Below are positions 42,606 through 54,690 of a DNA stretch of 64,000 bases, one piece after another (the first letter of the stretch is position 1; each line of letters opens with the position of its first letter). The position numbers were made by a program, and so were the translations under genes. Below the pieces are notes generated by a model. That model worked only from the letters and a program-made list of their open reading frames with translations, had not been told where the DNA came from and did not search any database. This DNA is from Histomonas meleagridis 2922-C6/04-290x. Taxonomy: Eukaryota; Protista; Parabasalia. The stretch is taken from the NCBI GenBank assembly GCA_020184695.1, contig JAANOX010000055.1:197082-261081 (forward strand), given 5' to 3'.

Positions 42606-43898
42606 TTAATATAATTGCATAGGAAGGTATCCTTGGTAGTACAAAGAAGCCTTGAACGATATTTGGAACACGAACACTCCGTTATGGAAACTGCTTTGGA
42701 ATCCGCCGTTTCGATACACGTCCCACTTTTTATCGACAATCCTAAACGCTATAGGCAGATACGGAGGCCCTGCGTCGAATACAATCGCAGTGTATCTGTA
42801 TCTGTTGTCCGCTTTCGTAGTGCAATATTTTATTAAATCGGGCTGCAAGTTGAAACTTGGCGCCTTATTCTTGTTAACCAAGCTCGGATAGAAGATTCGG
42901 AACCGATAACCTCTGACTGTGGCCTCTGGCAAATTATCAAGATTAAATCTTTTTCGATTATGCTCATTCCAATCATGGCCCATATAAACAATAGCCTCAT
43001 ATTCCGGTAACGTCATTTTGTTGTTTGCATTTATAAGCTTTTGGTAATCAATTTCAATAATGTCATTAAATTCACGTTCTTCATCACCCCAATACTGGAG
43101 ACCTTCGATCTCGTCAGTTTGAGTTCGATTGGCGCTTCGTGATTCTATTTTGAGCATGTGTCGGGTGTCGAAATATTGTTTAGCAATTTTGTTTAAAAGA
43201 TTGTTTCCGTTCTCTTGTTGAAGAACTCGAGCACGGAAGCGTCGTTGTGCCTTAGTATACATTGTGATATCACCTTCTGGTACTTCAATAAGATCTCGAT
43301 GTGGCAAAATTTCGAGATATTTCTTAAGTAGTGCTTTATGATAATTGTCAAACCATGAGATTGCTAAGTAAAAGCGTAATTTATGATAAAGTTGTTGATA
43401 AAATTCTTGATGATCTTCAAGATCATTTTTTAAATTGGTTAATAACAAATTACAGCGCATTTCTTTTTCGGCAATTGATACTCCTTTTTGTTGATCATAA
43501 TTTAATATTTCATTCATCATATCTGTTAATAAATTATCTGGATGTTCTTGTAGTTTTTGTTCAAGTATAACAACAATGTATTCCCAATATTTTGTATAAG
43601 GGGCAAGTCTTTGTGCCAATTCTTTAGTATCTTGAATTTCTTTTTGAGTAATTGGTTTAGGTGTTTTTAAGCCAATAAATTTAGATACACCATCAGGGTT
43701 TAAAAGAACATAGCTAGCACAAATCAAGGGAAGCTGTGATTCTAATGCGCCTGAATTGATGAAAAATAAATCAAATAAAATCGGTCGATCTTCAGCAATT
43801 CTTTTTTGAACACCTCTTAAAATACGTTTAGTTTCAAATTCTTTTTGGTCAACTTCTCCATCTACATTTGGATTTTGCTGACTATTTTCTTGGATCAT
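42606..43898 (-). CDS. CACTIN: Cactin (spliceosome-associated), C-terminal cactus-binding domain
   Basis: DWNEHNRKRF, VRGYRFRIFYPSL, FDAGPPYLPIAFRIVDKKWD and GGFQSSF. The ORF track starts at GTG 43916; first ATG is at 43898. Confidence 0.85.
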   Translation of the reverse strand: MIQENSQQNPNVDGEVDQKEFETKRILRGVQKRIAEDRPILFDLFFINSGALESQLPLICASYVLLNPDGVSKFIGLKTPKPITQKEIQDTKELAQRLAPYTKYWEYIVVILEQKLQEHPDNLLTDMMNEILNYDQQKGVSIAEKEMRCNLLLTNLKNDLEDHQEFYQQLYHKLRFYLAISWFDNYHKALLKKYLEILPHRDLIEVPEGDITMYTKAQRRFRARVLQQENGNNLLNKIAKQYFDTRHMLKIESRSANRTQTDEIEGLQYWGDEEREFNDIIEIDYQKLINANNKMTLPEYEAIVYMGHDWNEHNRKRFNLDNLPEATVRGYRFRIFYPSLVNKNKAPSFNLQPDLIKYCTTKADNRYRYTAIVFDAGPPYLPIAFRIVDKKWDVYRNGGFQSSFHNGVFVFQISFKASLYYQGYLPMQLY

Positions 43899-44140
43899 TT
43901 CTAAGTTAACGGTCACTCCGACTATTTTCCCAGAAAATTGCGAATCTCATGAAACCCGTAACAAATCCAATCCATTATACAGCAATTCCTTGATGTCAGT
44001 GAAAGTCTTTTATTAAAACATTTTATATCTTCAGACTTCTGAAGTTGTAGCAAATGATTGGAAATTCAATAGCAAACGATCGTTTTATATTTAAAATGTC
44101 TATCGTTATATTGAAAACAAAAAAATTAAATTTCAAATTT

Positions 44141-47100
44141 TTACACATCAAAACAATCAATTTGTTCCTCGAACAAATCATTTCCTATGTAGTTAACCTC
44201 ATCCACTGTTGGGATGAACATCTTAGCATTTAATGATATCAAACTAAATGGATCTTGTCCCAAAGAAATTACTAATTCATCACTTTCGTTCATTTCTTCG
44301 ACAATTTCTTCTTCTTCCTCTTTGATATCATCAGTTTGTTGTGGCTGCTCATTTATCATATTTAATATCTCATTAATTCCTGATTCAATTCTGCATGTAC
44401 TCATACTTTTCTTTTTCATCATATCATTCAAATCTTCTGACTCGATCAAATATGTTATACATTTTTCAAGTAATTCATTCCAAGATACTATAGGTTCACA
44501 TCTAAAAAGTTTTAATAGTGAACTCATATTTTGGAATCTTTCATTCGATGCTAAACGTTCGTCTATCGGCAATAACGGTGGAAGTGAATTCAAATCGTTG
44601 AACGATAGAAGCTTTGAATCCACCGATTGAATTTCATACAAATGCGGAACGTCAACGACAACGATACGTTCGAAGATGTCTAGTTGAGGGAAAACCTCCG
44701 GCTTAATTGAATTCTCCTCAAAAGTTTCGGTTATTTTTGTATCCTTCAACGCTTGTAAATATAAGTTAACGTACACCATTCGGGGCACCTTTTTTTCCGT
44801 TTTAATCAAAGAAGTAAATTCTGACAACGATTTCACTATTTCGACTTTTTGAGAATCGTTAATGTAAGTCAAAATATTTGTCGTTACTGAATACAAAGGA
44901 ATTTTCAAGAACTTATTACCGAACTTTAAACAAGTTGTAAAGAATTCACAAATCTGTATTAAACTTTCAGTGTCAATTAAAGGGATTATAATATTACAAA
45001 TTTGGCCAATAGTTGAGAATATATCCACTTCTTCATCAATACTGAACACAGATAACAAGTCGTGTATTGACTTATCTGGTATTAACTCTTTAAACGCGTC
45101 AATTGTTGCGTCAAGCATTTGGATTGAAGGCGAGTTATACAAAAATCGGCTCATTTCCGCTATTTCAATTGACCAAATCCATGGCAACAAAGCTAATAAT
45201 ACTATATACATATAACAACTTGAGTCTGATATAATTAATTGATATTTTGTTTGGATTAATAAATTCAAAACACGAATCATTAAATTTATATCTGGTGATT
45301 GACTTTTACATTCCAAAATATATTTAATACATCCATTAAATGTATCACCCCATGGAGTATGATATTTCGTGAATTTACTTGGCATATATTGGCCCATTTC
45401 ATAATTTTCTTGATTTACTAAATAATTAAATAATTGTGGAAAACATAATATATATTCAAGTAAAGATAACGCAGAATGAAATATTAATGAACATGAAGAT
45501 ATATTACATTGTATTCCACTAATAGCCATCCAAAACAAAGAAGGTTCATTACCTAAAATTCCTTTTTGTGCATATATTTCAGCAATACTTTTCATTGTTT
45601 TAAAATGATTAGCAATATATAATGTATAAAATGTAATGTCATGATTTTCACAATTTTCATATATATAATTAATAGCATCAATACATAACCAAATAGTACG
45701 TGCACATAACCCTAAGAACAATGAATTATTTATCATTAAATTCCCTTGATAACAAGTTAATGCAAATGAAGCACGAATTAAATCGCCACAACATAAACCC
45801 CATTTAATTAATTCGAATCCGAATTGTGTTGCTAAATCTTGATCGGAATATAAGAAGAAGTTAGTTAATACATTTGATAATTGTGTTCGACTATCATTAG
45901 ATATCATTTGATTAATAATATTTGTAGAGTTATATAAGTCATCGACACTATTTTTCTTTAATGTTAAATAATTTTTCTTCATCGATGCTAATATTCGTAA
46001 TGCATCTTGTAAATAAGGTATAGATATATTCTCAACTAATGGTATTAATTCACCAATAATATTCTTAAGTAAAGTATTAATATATGAAAAATATTTATCA
46101 ATATGTATTAAACAAAATGAAAATATTATTGGTAAATATGGTAATATAGGTCGAACTGATACTATCGCAAATTCACTTAATGCATATAAAACAAATTTAA
46201 TATGATTTGTACTTGTCTTTGATCCTTTTTCTGATTCGATAGAAGAATCATCATCATCATCTGATATTTGACTTATGAAATCAGATGTATCTTTAGTTAT
46301 ATCTTTAAATGCATCTTTATAATTATCTTTAGCTGCATAAGAAAAAGATAAATATGAAGATAAGAAATCAATTGTAATTTGTGGTGCTATTCGATATAAA
46401 TATCGCATAATAATTAATGCGTTCGAATGATTTTCATAATTTCCTGTTGTAAATAATATCGATACTATAATTGGCATGAAATTATTACCTGGAATACAAT
46501 TATTAGTAACTACTAAAGTTCTCCATACATTAAACATTGAAGAATTAATATAATTGGAAAATTCACTAAATGATATCATTAATTTCTCAGTGAAAGTAAA
46601 ACAACTAAATCGCATAAATAATAAATCAGATTCATTTGAGATAACTCGATTATCAATATCAAATTGTACTGATTCAAACCATGGCATTAATGTAGATAAC
46701 ATTCGTTCGATAAATATTGGTGAAAACTTTGGTATATAATCAAACGCATCATTTAATAATTGTTCTAAACAAAACTGAAATGAATTACATACAAGTAATG
46801 ATATTTGTCGACATTCTTGATCATCAAAATATGCAGAACTTTCTCCAAATTTATTACTAATTTGTGTGAATCCTTTAATTAATTCAATGGCATTATCTTT
46901 ACGGCCATCCATTTGATATAATGATAATATTGGTGTTAATGATGCTAATGTTATAAATGCTCTATTATTAATTTCTTCATTAGGAATTCGAAGATTTACT
47001 AAACATGCTAAGATGAAACTTCCACAATTTTCATATAAAACTTGTAAATATTTAGAAAATATGGTTTTGTCATCAATATCTTTACAAGATTTCCATTGAT

Positions 47101-49612
47101 TTCGTAAAATGTCATTAAGATTAATATTAATAGATAATGATGGAGCCTTAAAAAAATCTGCAATAGATGTGAAATATCGTTCACCATTAGGTGATAAAGC
47201 TTTAGTTAAATATTGTGGTAATAAAACATCAAAATGATGAGATAATAAATGTAACAAAATTGAAGGACATTCAATTGAAAGCTTCGAAATCGATTCATTA
47301 AATTTATCGGATAATAAAAAGTTTTGATCTTTAATTTGATTAAATCCAAACCACATTTCTAATGTTCGTAAAGCATAAAAATGTACTCGATAAGGTGCAT
47401 TAATGATCGATAAGTTATATATTGTTGAGAATAAAGTTTCTGTTTTTTGTAATATTAAATTGTTATTATCATGAAACACAAAACTATGACATGGAAAAGG
47501 TGAATTTATTGGCTTTAAAAGTTGTTGATAAAGTACTGTTAAAACTTCGAATAAACATGATAAGAAATCACAAAGGAAATCTTCGTTTTCATTTATAATA
47601 TTTATGTCTATTTCTGATGAGTTATCAAATGAAATATTTAAATATTCGGTATTAAATATTTCAAAAACATGCATAAATAATGATGAAAACTTAGTTAAGA
47701 AATCATAATGTTCAAATATCGCCGGGAAATTAGTGTTCCATGCCATAGAATGTAATGCTAAAATTGCAATTTTAACATTAAAATTTTGTTCTAATAAATC
47801 TAAAAACACAGAAAATGATGATATATCTAATGTTGTCAACATATTTCGTACTGCTTCATTATTCGTATCAATTTGTTCATTAATTGTTGATATTAATTCT
47901 TTTAATATATAATTTGTTAATTTTAATGATTCAACATTTCCATTAAATACATTAAAAGGTGAATCTGCAAAACCAGTAAAAAACGTCAATAAATAAATAC
48001 GTTCATCTGCTGTAGATTTATTATTTTTTTGTAAATATGAACATCCGAATTGTTTAATAAAAAATATAAATTTCTCTTTAAAAAACTCCGAAAATGAAGT
48101 TCCTAAAGCGGATAAATAATATTGCCATAGAATGAAATCATTACATAAAATCGTATCATTAAATGATAATGGCATTAATGACGTAACTTTCTCTTTTAAT
48201 AAAATTGCTCGTGGATGATTCATTATTGTCGAAAGTAAATATTTTTTATAAAATGATTCATTCTTCGAAATAAAATCATATAAATTCATTGATTCTCCAT
48301 CAGATTCGAAATCATTTAATACTCGAAGAAGTTTATATGCACTATATCTAATCTTCCAACAAGGTGAACATATTCCAATTAATGCCATTGTCGATAATTT
48401 ATCGATTTGTTCATTATCAATATAACGTGTAGGTAATAAACTTAATATATCAATTAATCGTGATATCAAATGAAAGAAAATAAATTTTTGTTCTGGTGTC
48501 ATTTGAATGTTTGATTCGAAAAATGAAAAAATATTATCGAAAATATAAAAAGATAAATCGGGAAATACAAATAAAAGAGCTTGAATAACCATTAACATGA
48601 ATGACGCATTGATTGGATCTTTACCCATGATGATCTTAAATGGAACATTTAAATATTCTTTGGGAACCATCGCAAGGATTTCTGGTGTTAAAAACAAGAC
48701 AAGTTTAATAAAGTTATAATTAATTTTGTTGACTTCTTTGATTTCAGCAAATTTAATATCATGTTTACAGCCAATAGGTGGTAAATTAATAAGCTTAGAA
48801 ATGGCAGCACTCCATTCTTCTGCTACCTCAGAGCGTTTAAACTCAAAACGATTTTGTTTTTGATAAACATTTTGATCTTGAAATTTTGAAAAACTTAAAA
48901 GTATCTCAGAACGTGAAGTGAAACCACAAGACAATCCACTCGTACGAAAAGATGGTGGAACTACACATGATTGATGGATTAATGAAAATGATGGAACATA
49001 TATCGCATAATCATTTTGATTTGGAATTTCTGTTTTGAGATAATCAGACCCATGAAGGATACGGTGAAGCAATAATTTCCGTAATTTAGTGAGACTAAGA
49101 CCAAATGGAGTCTTAAGATCTTCACTTTCAAATGAAAAGAAATTAAAATAATGAACTTCCGTTCCCCATGAATTGTTTTTTGGAGATAAAGGAGCATGCA
49201 TGAGAAATCCTGTGGTAGGATCTACAATATTCCGGCATATTTTTGAATTAATCAATTGTAAAATATCTATACTTGAATTAAACATTAATGGTGCATATTT
49301 ATCTACATATGTCGGAAAGTCGTGTGAAGCAATTTTTGTAATGATCTTTACAATAAGATTAATATTTTTTTCCATGACATTTTCTGAAGATATACACATA
49401 TTAAATACTTGACATATTTCCTCATCTGTAATATTAGGTATTGGAATAGAATATGTAAAGCCAATGACATCATTTGAATTTGAGATTTGATCATTTTCGC
49501 ATATTAGTTTGTATAATTTTTCTATTGCGTTTGAAATAGCATCTTCATTTGTTTCTGTGTTTTTTGTACATGCAAGAACTTCTTTTAAACCAATGGATGT
49601 TGAAGATTCCAT
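44141..49612 (-). CDS. Furry/Tao3/Pag1 (MOR2-PAG1)-like HEAT scaffold
   Basis: 1823-aa helical protein; LALLPW and FGFELIKWGLCCGDLIRASFALTCY resemble Tao3/Furry segments. Assignment is by recollection of motifs only. Confidence 0.55.
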   Translation of the reverse strand: MESSTSIGLKEVLACTKNTETNEDAISNAIEKLYKLICENDQISNSNDVIGFTYSIPIPNITDEEICQVFNMCISSENVMEKNINLIVKIITKIASHDFPTYVDKYAPLMFNSSIDILQLINSKICRNIVDPTTGFLMHAPLSPKNNSWGTEVHYFNFFSFESEDLKTPFGLSLTKLRKLLLHRILHGSDYLKTEIPNQNDYAIYVPSFSLIHQSCVVPPSFRTSGLSCGFTSRSEILLSFSKFQDQNVYQKQNRFEFKRSEVAEEWSAAISKLINLPPIGCKHDIKFAEIKEVNKINYNFIKLVLFLTPEILAMVPKEYLNVPFKIIMGKDPINASFMLMVIQALLFVFPDLSFYIFDNIFSFFESNIQMTPEQKFIFFHLISRLIDILSLLPTRYIDNEQIDKLSTMALIGICSPCWKIRYSAYKLLRVLNDFESDGESMNLYDFISKNESFYKKYLLSTIMNHPRAILLKEKVTSLMPLSFNDTILCNDFILWQYYLSALGTSFSEFFKEKFIFFIKQFGCSYLQKNNKSTADERIYLLTFFTGFADSPFNVFNGNVESLKLTNYILKELISTINEQIDTNNEAVRNMLTTLDISSFSVFLDLLEQNFNVKIAILALHSMAWNTNFPAIFEHYDFLTKFSSLFMHVFEIFNTEYLNISFDNSSEIDINIINENEDFLCDFLSCLFEVLTVLYQQLLKPINSPFPCHSFVFHDNNNLILQKTETLFSTIYNLSIINAPYRVHFYALRTLEMWFGFNQIKDQNFLLSDKFNESISKLSIECPSILLHLLSHHFDVLLPQYLTKALSPNGERYFTSIADFFKAPSLSININLNDILRNQWKSCKDIDDKTIFSKYLQVLYENCGSFILACLVNLRIPNEEINNRAFITLASLTPILSLYQMDGRKDNAIELIKGFTQISNKFGESSAYFDDQECRQISLLVCNSFQFCLEQLLNDAFDYIPKFSPIFIERMLSTLMPWFESVQFDIDNRVISNESDLLFMRFSCFTFTEKLMISFSEFSNYINSSMFNVWRTLVVTNNCIPGNNFMPIIVSILFTTGNYENHSNALIIMRYLYRIAPQITIDFLSSYLSFSYAAKDNYKDAFKDITKDTSDFISQISDDDDDSSIESEKGSKTSTNHIKFVLYALSEFAIVSVRPILPYLPIIFSFCLIHIDKYFSYINTLLKNIIGELIPLVENISIPYLQDALRILASMKKNYLTLKKNSVDDLYNSTNIINQMISNDSRTQLSNVLTNFFLYSDQDLATQFGFELIKWGLCCGDLIRASFALTCYQGNLMINNSLFLGLCARTIWLCIDAINYIYENCENHDITFYTLYIANHFKTMKSIAEIYAQKGILGNEPSLFWMAISGIQCNISSCSLIFHSALSLLEYILCFPQLFNYLVNQENYEMGQYMPSKFTKYHTPWGDTFNGCIKYILECKSQSPDINLMIRVLNLLIQTKYQLIISDSSCYMYIVLLALLPWIWSIEIAEMSRFLYNSPSIQMLDATIDAFKELIPDKSIHDLLSVFSIDEEVDIFSTIGQICNIIIPLIDTESLIQICEFFTTCLKFGNKFLKIPLYSVTTNILTYINDSQKVEIVKSLSEFTSLIKTEKKVPRMVYVNLYLQALKDTKITETFEENSIKPEVFPQLDIFERIVVVDVPHLYEIQSVDSKLLSFNDLNSLPPLLPIDERLASNERFQNMSSLLKLFRCEPIVSWNELLEKCITYLIESEDLNDMMKKKSMSTCRIESGINEILNMINEQPQQTDDIKEEEEEIVEEMNESDELVISLGQDPFSLISLNAKMFIPTVDEVNYIGNDLFEEQIDCFDV

Positions 49613-50289
49613 CCAAGGGATTTATAACCGTTCGTGCCCAAATCATGTATAACCGTCACAAATTTTACTATGAAAATAGTGCACTTTCACAGTTCCATCA
49701 CATGAAAAACGGTATTAATTAATAAATTATTTGTTTAAGGGCTTTCAGAAGGTTCTTCAGCTTTGCAATATTTTGGAAATATAGGTTCATTTAATGGAAC
49801 TTCAAAAACTATTTTACCTATTTTATCCCAATAATATTCAAATCGTTTTGTAATGCTTCTCTATCATCCTGAGTATCATTAATTTTAAATTGGATTAAAT
49901 CAGAAAGTTGAAGATAAGAAAAAATTTTTTCATCAATTGAATTCATAATTCTAAGATTTATAATAAAAATGATACTATTCCTTTTTTTGATCAATGGAAA
50001 TAAAAAGTTTTATGATGAATTACAACAAATGTATTTCTTATTTTTGTTTCATAAATATTATTTTAGGATAAAATAACTACCAATACAGATGGTAATAGCA
50101 GACAAATAATGGGAAATGGCGTTCTTACCATGATTTTAGCCACTGGCTTCATTTGTCTATCTTAATTTTTTTTTTCTTTCTCACCTTTTATAATTTTATT
50201 CATGTTTTTTCGAATATATTTTTTTTAACATTCGGTATTTATTAAAGTTAAAATAAGATAAATTATATCTAATAATTAACCTCAAATAT

Positions 50290-50657
50290 TTAAATCAAGA
50301 TGAAGTTATTAATCAAATTGTATACAAAAGGGTTCCAATTTTCTAGAAGAATCTAGATTTCATATCAAAGCTTTTGGAACGTAATCCAGCGAAGAGACTT
50401 GGAGCTGGTCCAAATGAAGTTGAAGATCTGAAAAAGCATCCATTCTTTACAAACATTGATTGGAATGATTTATTACTGAAGATACCAATGCAATGGAGCC
50501 AAAACAAAGCGATGTGACAGACACTTCGCAGTTCGATAAGGAATTCACAAGCGAATGTTAAATGATATTTTATGAAGATCCGGAGTTGATAAGTGCTGAA
50601 ACACAAAATATGTTCACGGAGTTCGAAATGGAAAACGCATATTCTATAGATGAATAA
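50290..50657 (+). pseudogene. AGC-family protein kinase C-terminal remnant
   Basis: DFISKLLERNPAKRLGAGPNEVEDLKKHPFFTNIDW...DTSQFDKEFT with frameshift and stop; the catalytic N-terminal part is missing. Confidence 0.8.
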
Positions 50658-50719
50658 ATTAAAATTAAATACATCTACAAATCTATTTTGCAAATTAATA
50701 TGGCTTTTGCTATTAATCC

Positions 50720-51480
50720 GAGTAAATTCAAATTTCAGGCGATTTATCATAAATTTTATTGTTTGCTTGTTTCTTTCTTCTTACGATAACAATGACGACA
50801 ACAACAGCAACAGCAACTACCACCACAGCAATAGGAATAGCTATCGCCACAGCAGTAGTGTTTGTATTACCTTCATTGGAATCATCTGGAATTGCATTTG
50901 ACTTTAATTCCTCATTTTTTGCTCTTGCTTCTTCTAATATTTCCTATAATAATTACCATTAATTGCCTTTAAGAATAATCCTTCTTAAGAATCTGTGTTG
51001 TCATATGCATACCAATCTTCGCCAAAATAAACCCAATTCCATGCATGATCACTTGTTGTAATTCCAATAACAGCAATCCCTTCAATCCCTTCACGATTAA
51101 AGAAGAGAGATGATATAGCTGAATAACCTTGGCAAACAACTTTATGGTCAACAATTGCATCATATGCTGAATTTCCGTTCTGGCCTACACCACCATATTC
51201 AATGTTGTCACGAATCCATATCCAAATAGCAACTAATTTTTCGTAGTCTGTGCGAAGGTCATTATCAGCACCAATTCCTGTGAAATTACCAGTTGCAAAC
51301 ATAAATTTCTTGATCTCCATGGTCTACGAAATGCTTTGTAAAAGTGTATTTAATAGTGATGTAACCTGGATATGGATTTAGAGAATGATCAACATTGAAC
51401 CATTGACTTTTAACACCTGACCCAACACTGGATACATTTATATCATGGTAGTGTTATTGATGATGATACTGTTATAACAA
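50720..51480 (-). pseudogene. Transglutaminase-like type I membrane protein remnant
   Basis: VCQGYS / DHAWN / YDNT Cys-His-Asp triad in ORF 50985..51320, then a TM helix (AVAIAIPIAVVVVAVAVVVVIVIV) and RRKK stop-transfer in another frame. Confidence 0.75.
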
Positions 51481-51602
51481 CGAAAATAAACAATATGTGA
51501 ATTGGAAAAATAACAAGTATAATAAATAATATCACTGTAGCTGTTTTTCAAAAATAAGCAGGACAGTTTTGTCCAGAATCATTTATTACAAAAATAACTC
51601 AT

Positions 51603-52400
51603 TCATAAGTAATCTAATCCTTCTACTCTTGAATTTAATCGTAATGAATTCAAATAATCTCTTATTTCAATATATTCGTCATCTGTAATATTATTCATTT
51701 TATTGATAAGTTTTTCGTTCTCTAACATCATTCTGATATTCATACTTGCTGGAAATATATATCGAATAATATATCTTTTGAAAGATCTATTGTTATCAGC
51801 TGATATTTTAATAAGATTATCTTGGTAAAATATAGTTAACTTTCTATCATTAACATTACATCTAACACTTTCATTATAAATTATTTGTTCATTAATTCTT
51901 TGTTTAGTAATAAGTTCTTTATATTTATTTTTATATAATTCTAATTCATTAGTTAAGATATCAATAACTTCTTTCATATTAGATTCATCATCAATTAATT
52001 TTGTTTTACCAATATCATTAATAGTATCCATTATTTTACCAACATATACTGCATACTTAGGAGAAGCCCAAAAGCATATATAGTTAACTAATTTTGGATG
52101 AACATATCTTCCTAAAACACATTTTGGAAACTCTTTATTTATGTCATAGTATGCGGGACAATTTTGTCCCAGTTCGTTTTGAGCAATTAATTCTTCGATA
52201 TATTCTTTCATATCTAATCCTTTGAAACAATTTTTCAACTGTCTTTTTTTGTTTAGTAAAATATTAATTTGTTTAACCATCTTTGTAGCATTAATATATC
52301 CATCTGTTTTTCTCTAACTAAAATAGTGGTGTTATTATAAATATAGTAAATAAACTTTTCGTTATTAGATACAATTGTTTGTTGTTGAACTTCATCACTT
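51603..52400 (-). pseudogene. KilA-N domain protein (virus/Maverick-associated), 5' end frameshifted
   Basis: DGYINATKMVK just upstream of the ORF, then GRYVHPKLVNYICFWASPKYAVYVGKIMD and a coiled coil. Confidence 0.8.
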
Positions 52401-53416
52401 CTTTTTTGTATAAGAACATAATAATGACAAAATTTTTAAACCGAGGCGTTTGTCGAAAACTAACCTTTTATTAAGATGATTTATGGGTTTATGAGATCTC
52501 GCATAGACTTCTTTTTTATAGTATTCTTAAATGAGAAGTTCTCATAAGAATAACCTTTCTTTATCTGATATATTGGTTGCTCTTTTTTTGCGCAAACCTT
52601 TTTTTCATAGTATTTTCAAAAGAATCATTAAGATGGTATGATCTTACCACCTTTATTTTACGAAAGAATTACATCATAACAATAAATTACTCATATCAAA
52701 CCATATCTCTTTTTACGAGTATAATAATGAATAACAACTTGATCACCATATATATCTTTTACGTAAACAAATTCTCTATCATCTTTTCTAAAATTTCTTT
52801 TTAATATACGATATTGAGATCCAGTAAAGAAATAAAACAAATCAGTTTTCTCATTATTATAATAATCATTTAACTGATATTTTCCATAAGAATCAACCTC
52901 AATACCATCATTATCAATATTATTAAATTATTCATATTCATATCCTTTATGAGATGTCTTGTTTTTATTATTATCACTATAAGTTGTCCATCGTAAATTC
53001 AATTCTATTATCTGTTTTAATTCTATTTTTATGATCAACAACGATATATATTTCAGGATCTATATTTCCGATAAATTGTGTCGCTATAATTCATGGTTTT
53101 AAATAAAATGTATTATTAAGATAACAATAATAATAACCATTAGTATTATTGAGAGTTTCATTTACTAATTCTTATGTATCCTTTCTTCTAATATGATATG
53201 GATATTGATTACATATTTCATAGTTATTACAAACAACACATATTAATCATTGACCTTCCATTTGATATGAATTCAAAAATATAAAAATTTTATAAACGAT
53301 GGTTTTTTTCAGAATTGATTTATCATATTTGTAACTTATTAAAAATATATTAATGAAAAAATAACTTCAACAGAATTACTTGACAACACAATTATTTTAT
53401 AGAAATATATCGCTAC

Positions 53417-54207
53417 ATGACAGTACATCTTAAGCTAGTATATAGGCATACACGTTGGCTTCCCCACTTTTTAAATATTTATCAAAAAAATGTGAGAATC
53501 CAAAAGTGCGAGAAACTTTTAAGCATAATCAATTCATGCAAGCACAATTTTTTTCTGAACCTTAGACAGGGGATCAATCGTGGTTATTATATGAAGCAAT
53601 TTTTCGAAGAATAAGTTCTAGAAGGAGATGAGAACTCAATTGGAGACAGTTCTCATATTAACATTTCAAAAATTATGTTCACAATAATTTGAGGTGTTTG
53701 ATTTCACATCGTAAACATGGCTCCAAATGATACTTCATATAATAGCCAATATTTCATTGATAATATAATGGTGCCATTAAATGATAGAAGTAATACGATC
53801 TGGCCAGGGAGGGGAAACATAAAATATGGCGACATCTCGATAATTGTAAAGTTCCACAATTCATGACGTACGAAAACTTTTATCGACAAATCTTTATATA
53901 AAAGAATCCCTCACTCACCTTATTCTTCAGATATTGCCCCATCCGACTTCTTCTCATTCGACTATGTAAAAGAAAAGCTCTAAGGGCATTCGTTCGATAC
54001 ACCAGGACATTTTTTTAAATCAGTAACCGAAATTTTAGCTCAAATTTCACACGAAACTTTGTTTTAAGTTCTTAAAGAATGGGAGATAAGATGCAAGTGG
54101 ATAATTGAGCACAATGGTGGATATTTTCACGCTGAATAAAATGATGATTAAAAATCATTTTAATATTGTTTATTCATTGAGATTCTACGGTAATGTAGGA
54201 CACCCTA
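53417..54207 (+). mobile_element. Degenerate mariner-type transposon (transposase remnant plus probable right TIR and TA)
   Basis: RWLPHFL...QK..R..C..LL, TGDQSW, HLDNCKVH, PHSPYSSDIAPSDFF and GGYFHAE* in broken frames. 54187-54205 reverse-complements to GGGTGTCCTACATTACCG, flanked by TA at 54206-54207. Confidence 0.85.
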
Positions 54208-54329
54208 TCTACTCTACCCTAAATGATCCTAGTTCATTACCAATATTATATAACTTATTTAATTTATTAAAATCGTTTTCCGTTAAACATAATAAATAAT
54301 AACCACTCTCGATTGTTACCGAAATTCCA

Positions 54330-54690
54330 ATAAAATTATAATTATACCTAGATCATTCATCAAGAGAAAGAGAATAATATGGACATTGATCAAGAATACT
54401 TATAATTTTCGATTGAATCATTAAATAAGTTTCATGGAATCTAGTTTCAAATGTTCCTAATGAAGGTAATGAATATGGAAATAATTCGGCAAACGATTTG
54501 GACTCTATTATTGAATGTGGAATTGCATTAACTGCAAAAAAATTAATTATTGTATCGAAATTATTCTTCCATAATTGTGAAGTATAATGTTTTGCTTTAA
54601 CATGTTTTGGAACATTCCCTGGATCTGAAAAAATATATTTGTTACACAAAGAACAAAAGCCAATTTTACACCCAATCATCAAATAAATAT
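54330..54690 (-). mobile_element. hAT-like transposase N-terminal fragment
   Basis: BED-like C-x2-C...H-x4-H (CSLCNK...KHVKAKH), FFAVNAIPHSIIESKSF, LPS..T, and SLSLDE at the first catalytic Asp, followed by a stop. Confidence 0.65.

Noticed and set aside
50343-50750. 135-aa minus-strand ORF
   Set aside because: Antisense to the AGC kinase remnant on the plus strand.
50759-50962. Plus-strand Thr/Ala-rich mucin-like ORF
   Set aside because: It is the antisense reading of the Val/Ala-rich TM helix of the transglutaminase-like remnant.
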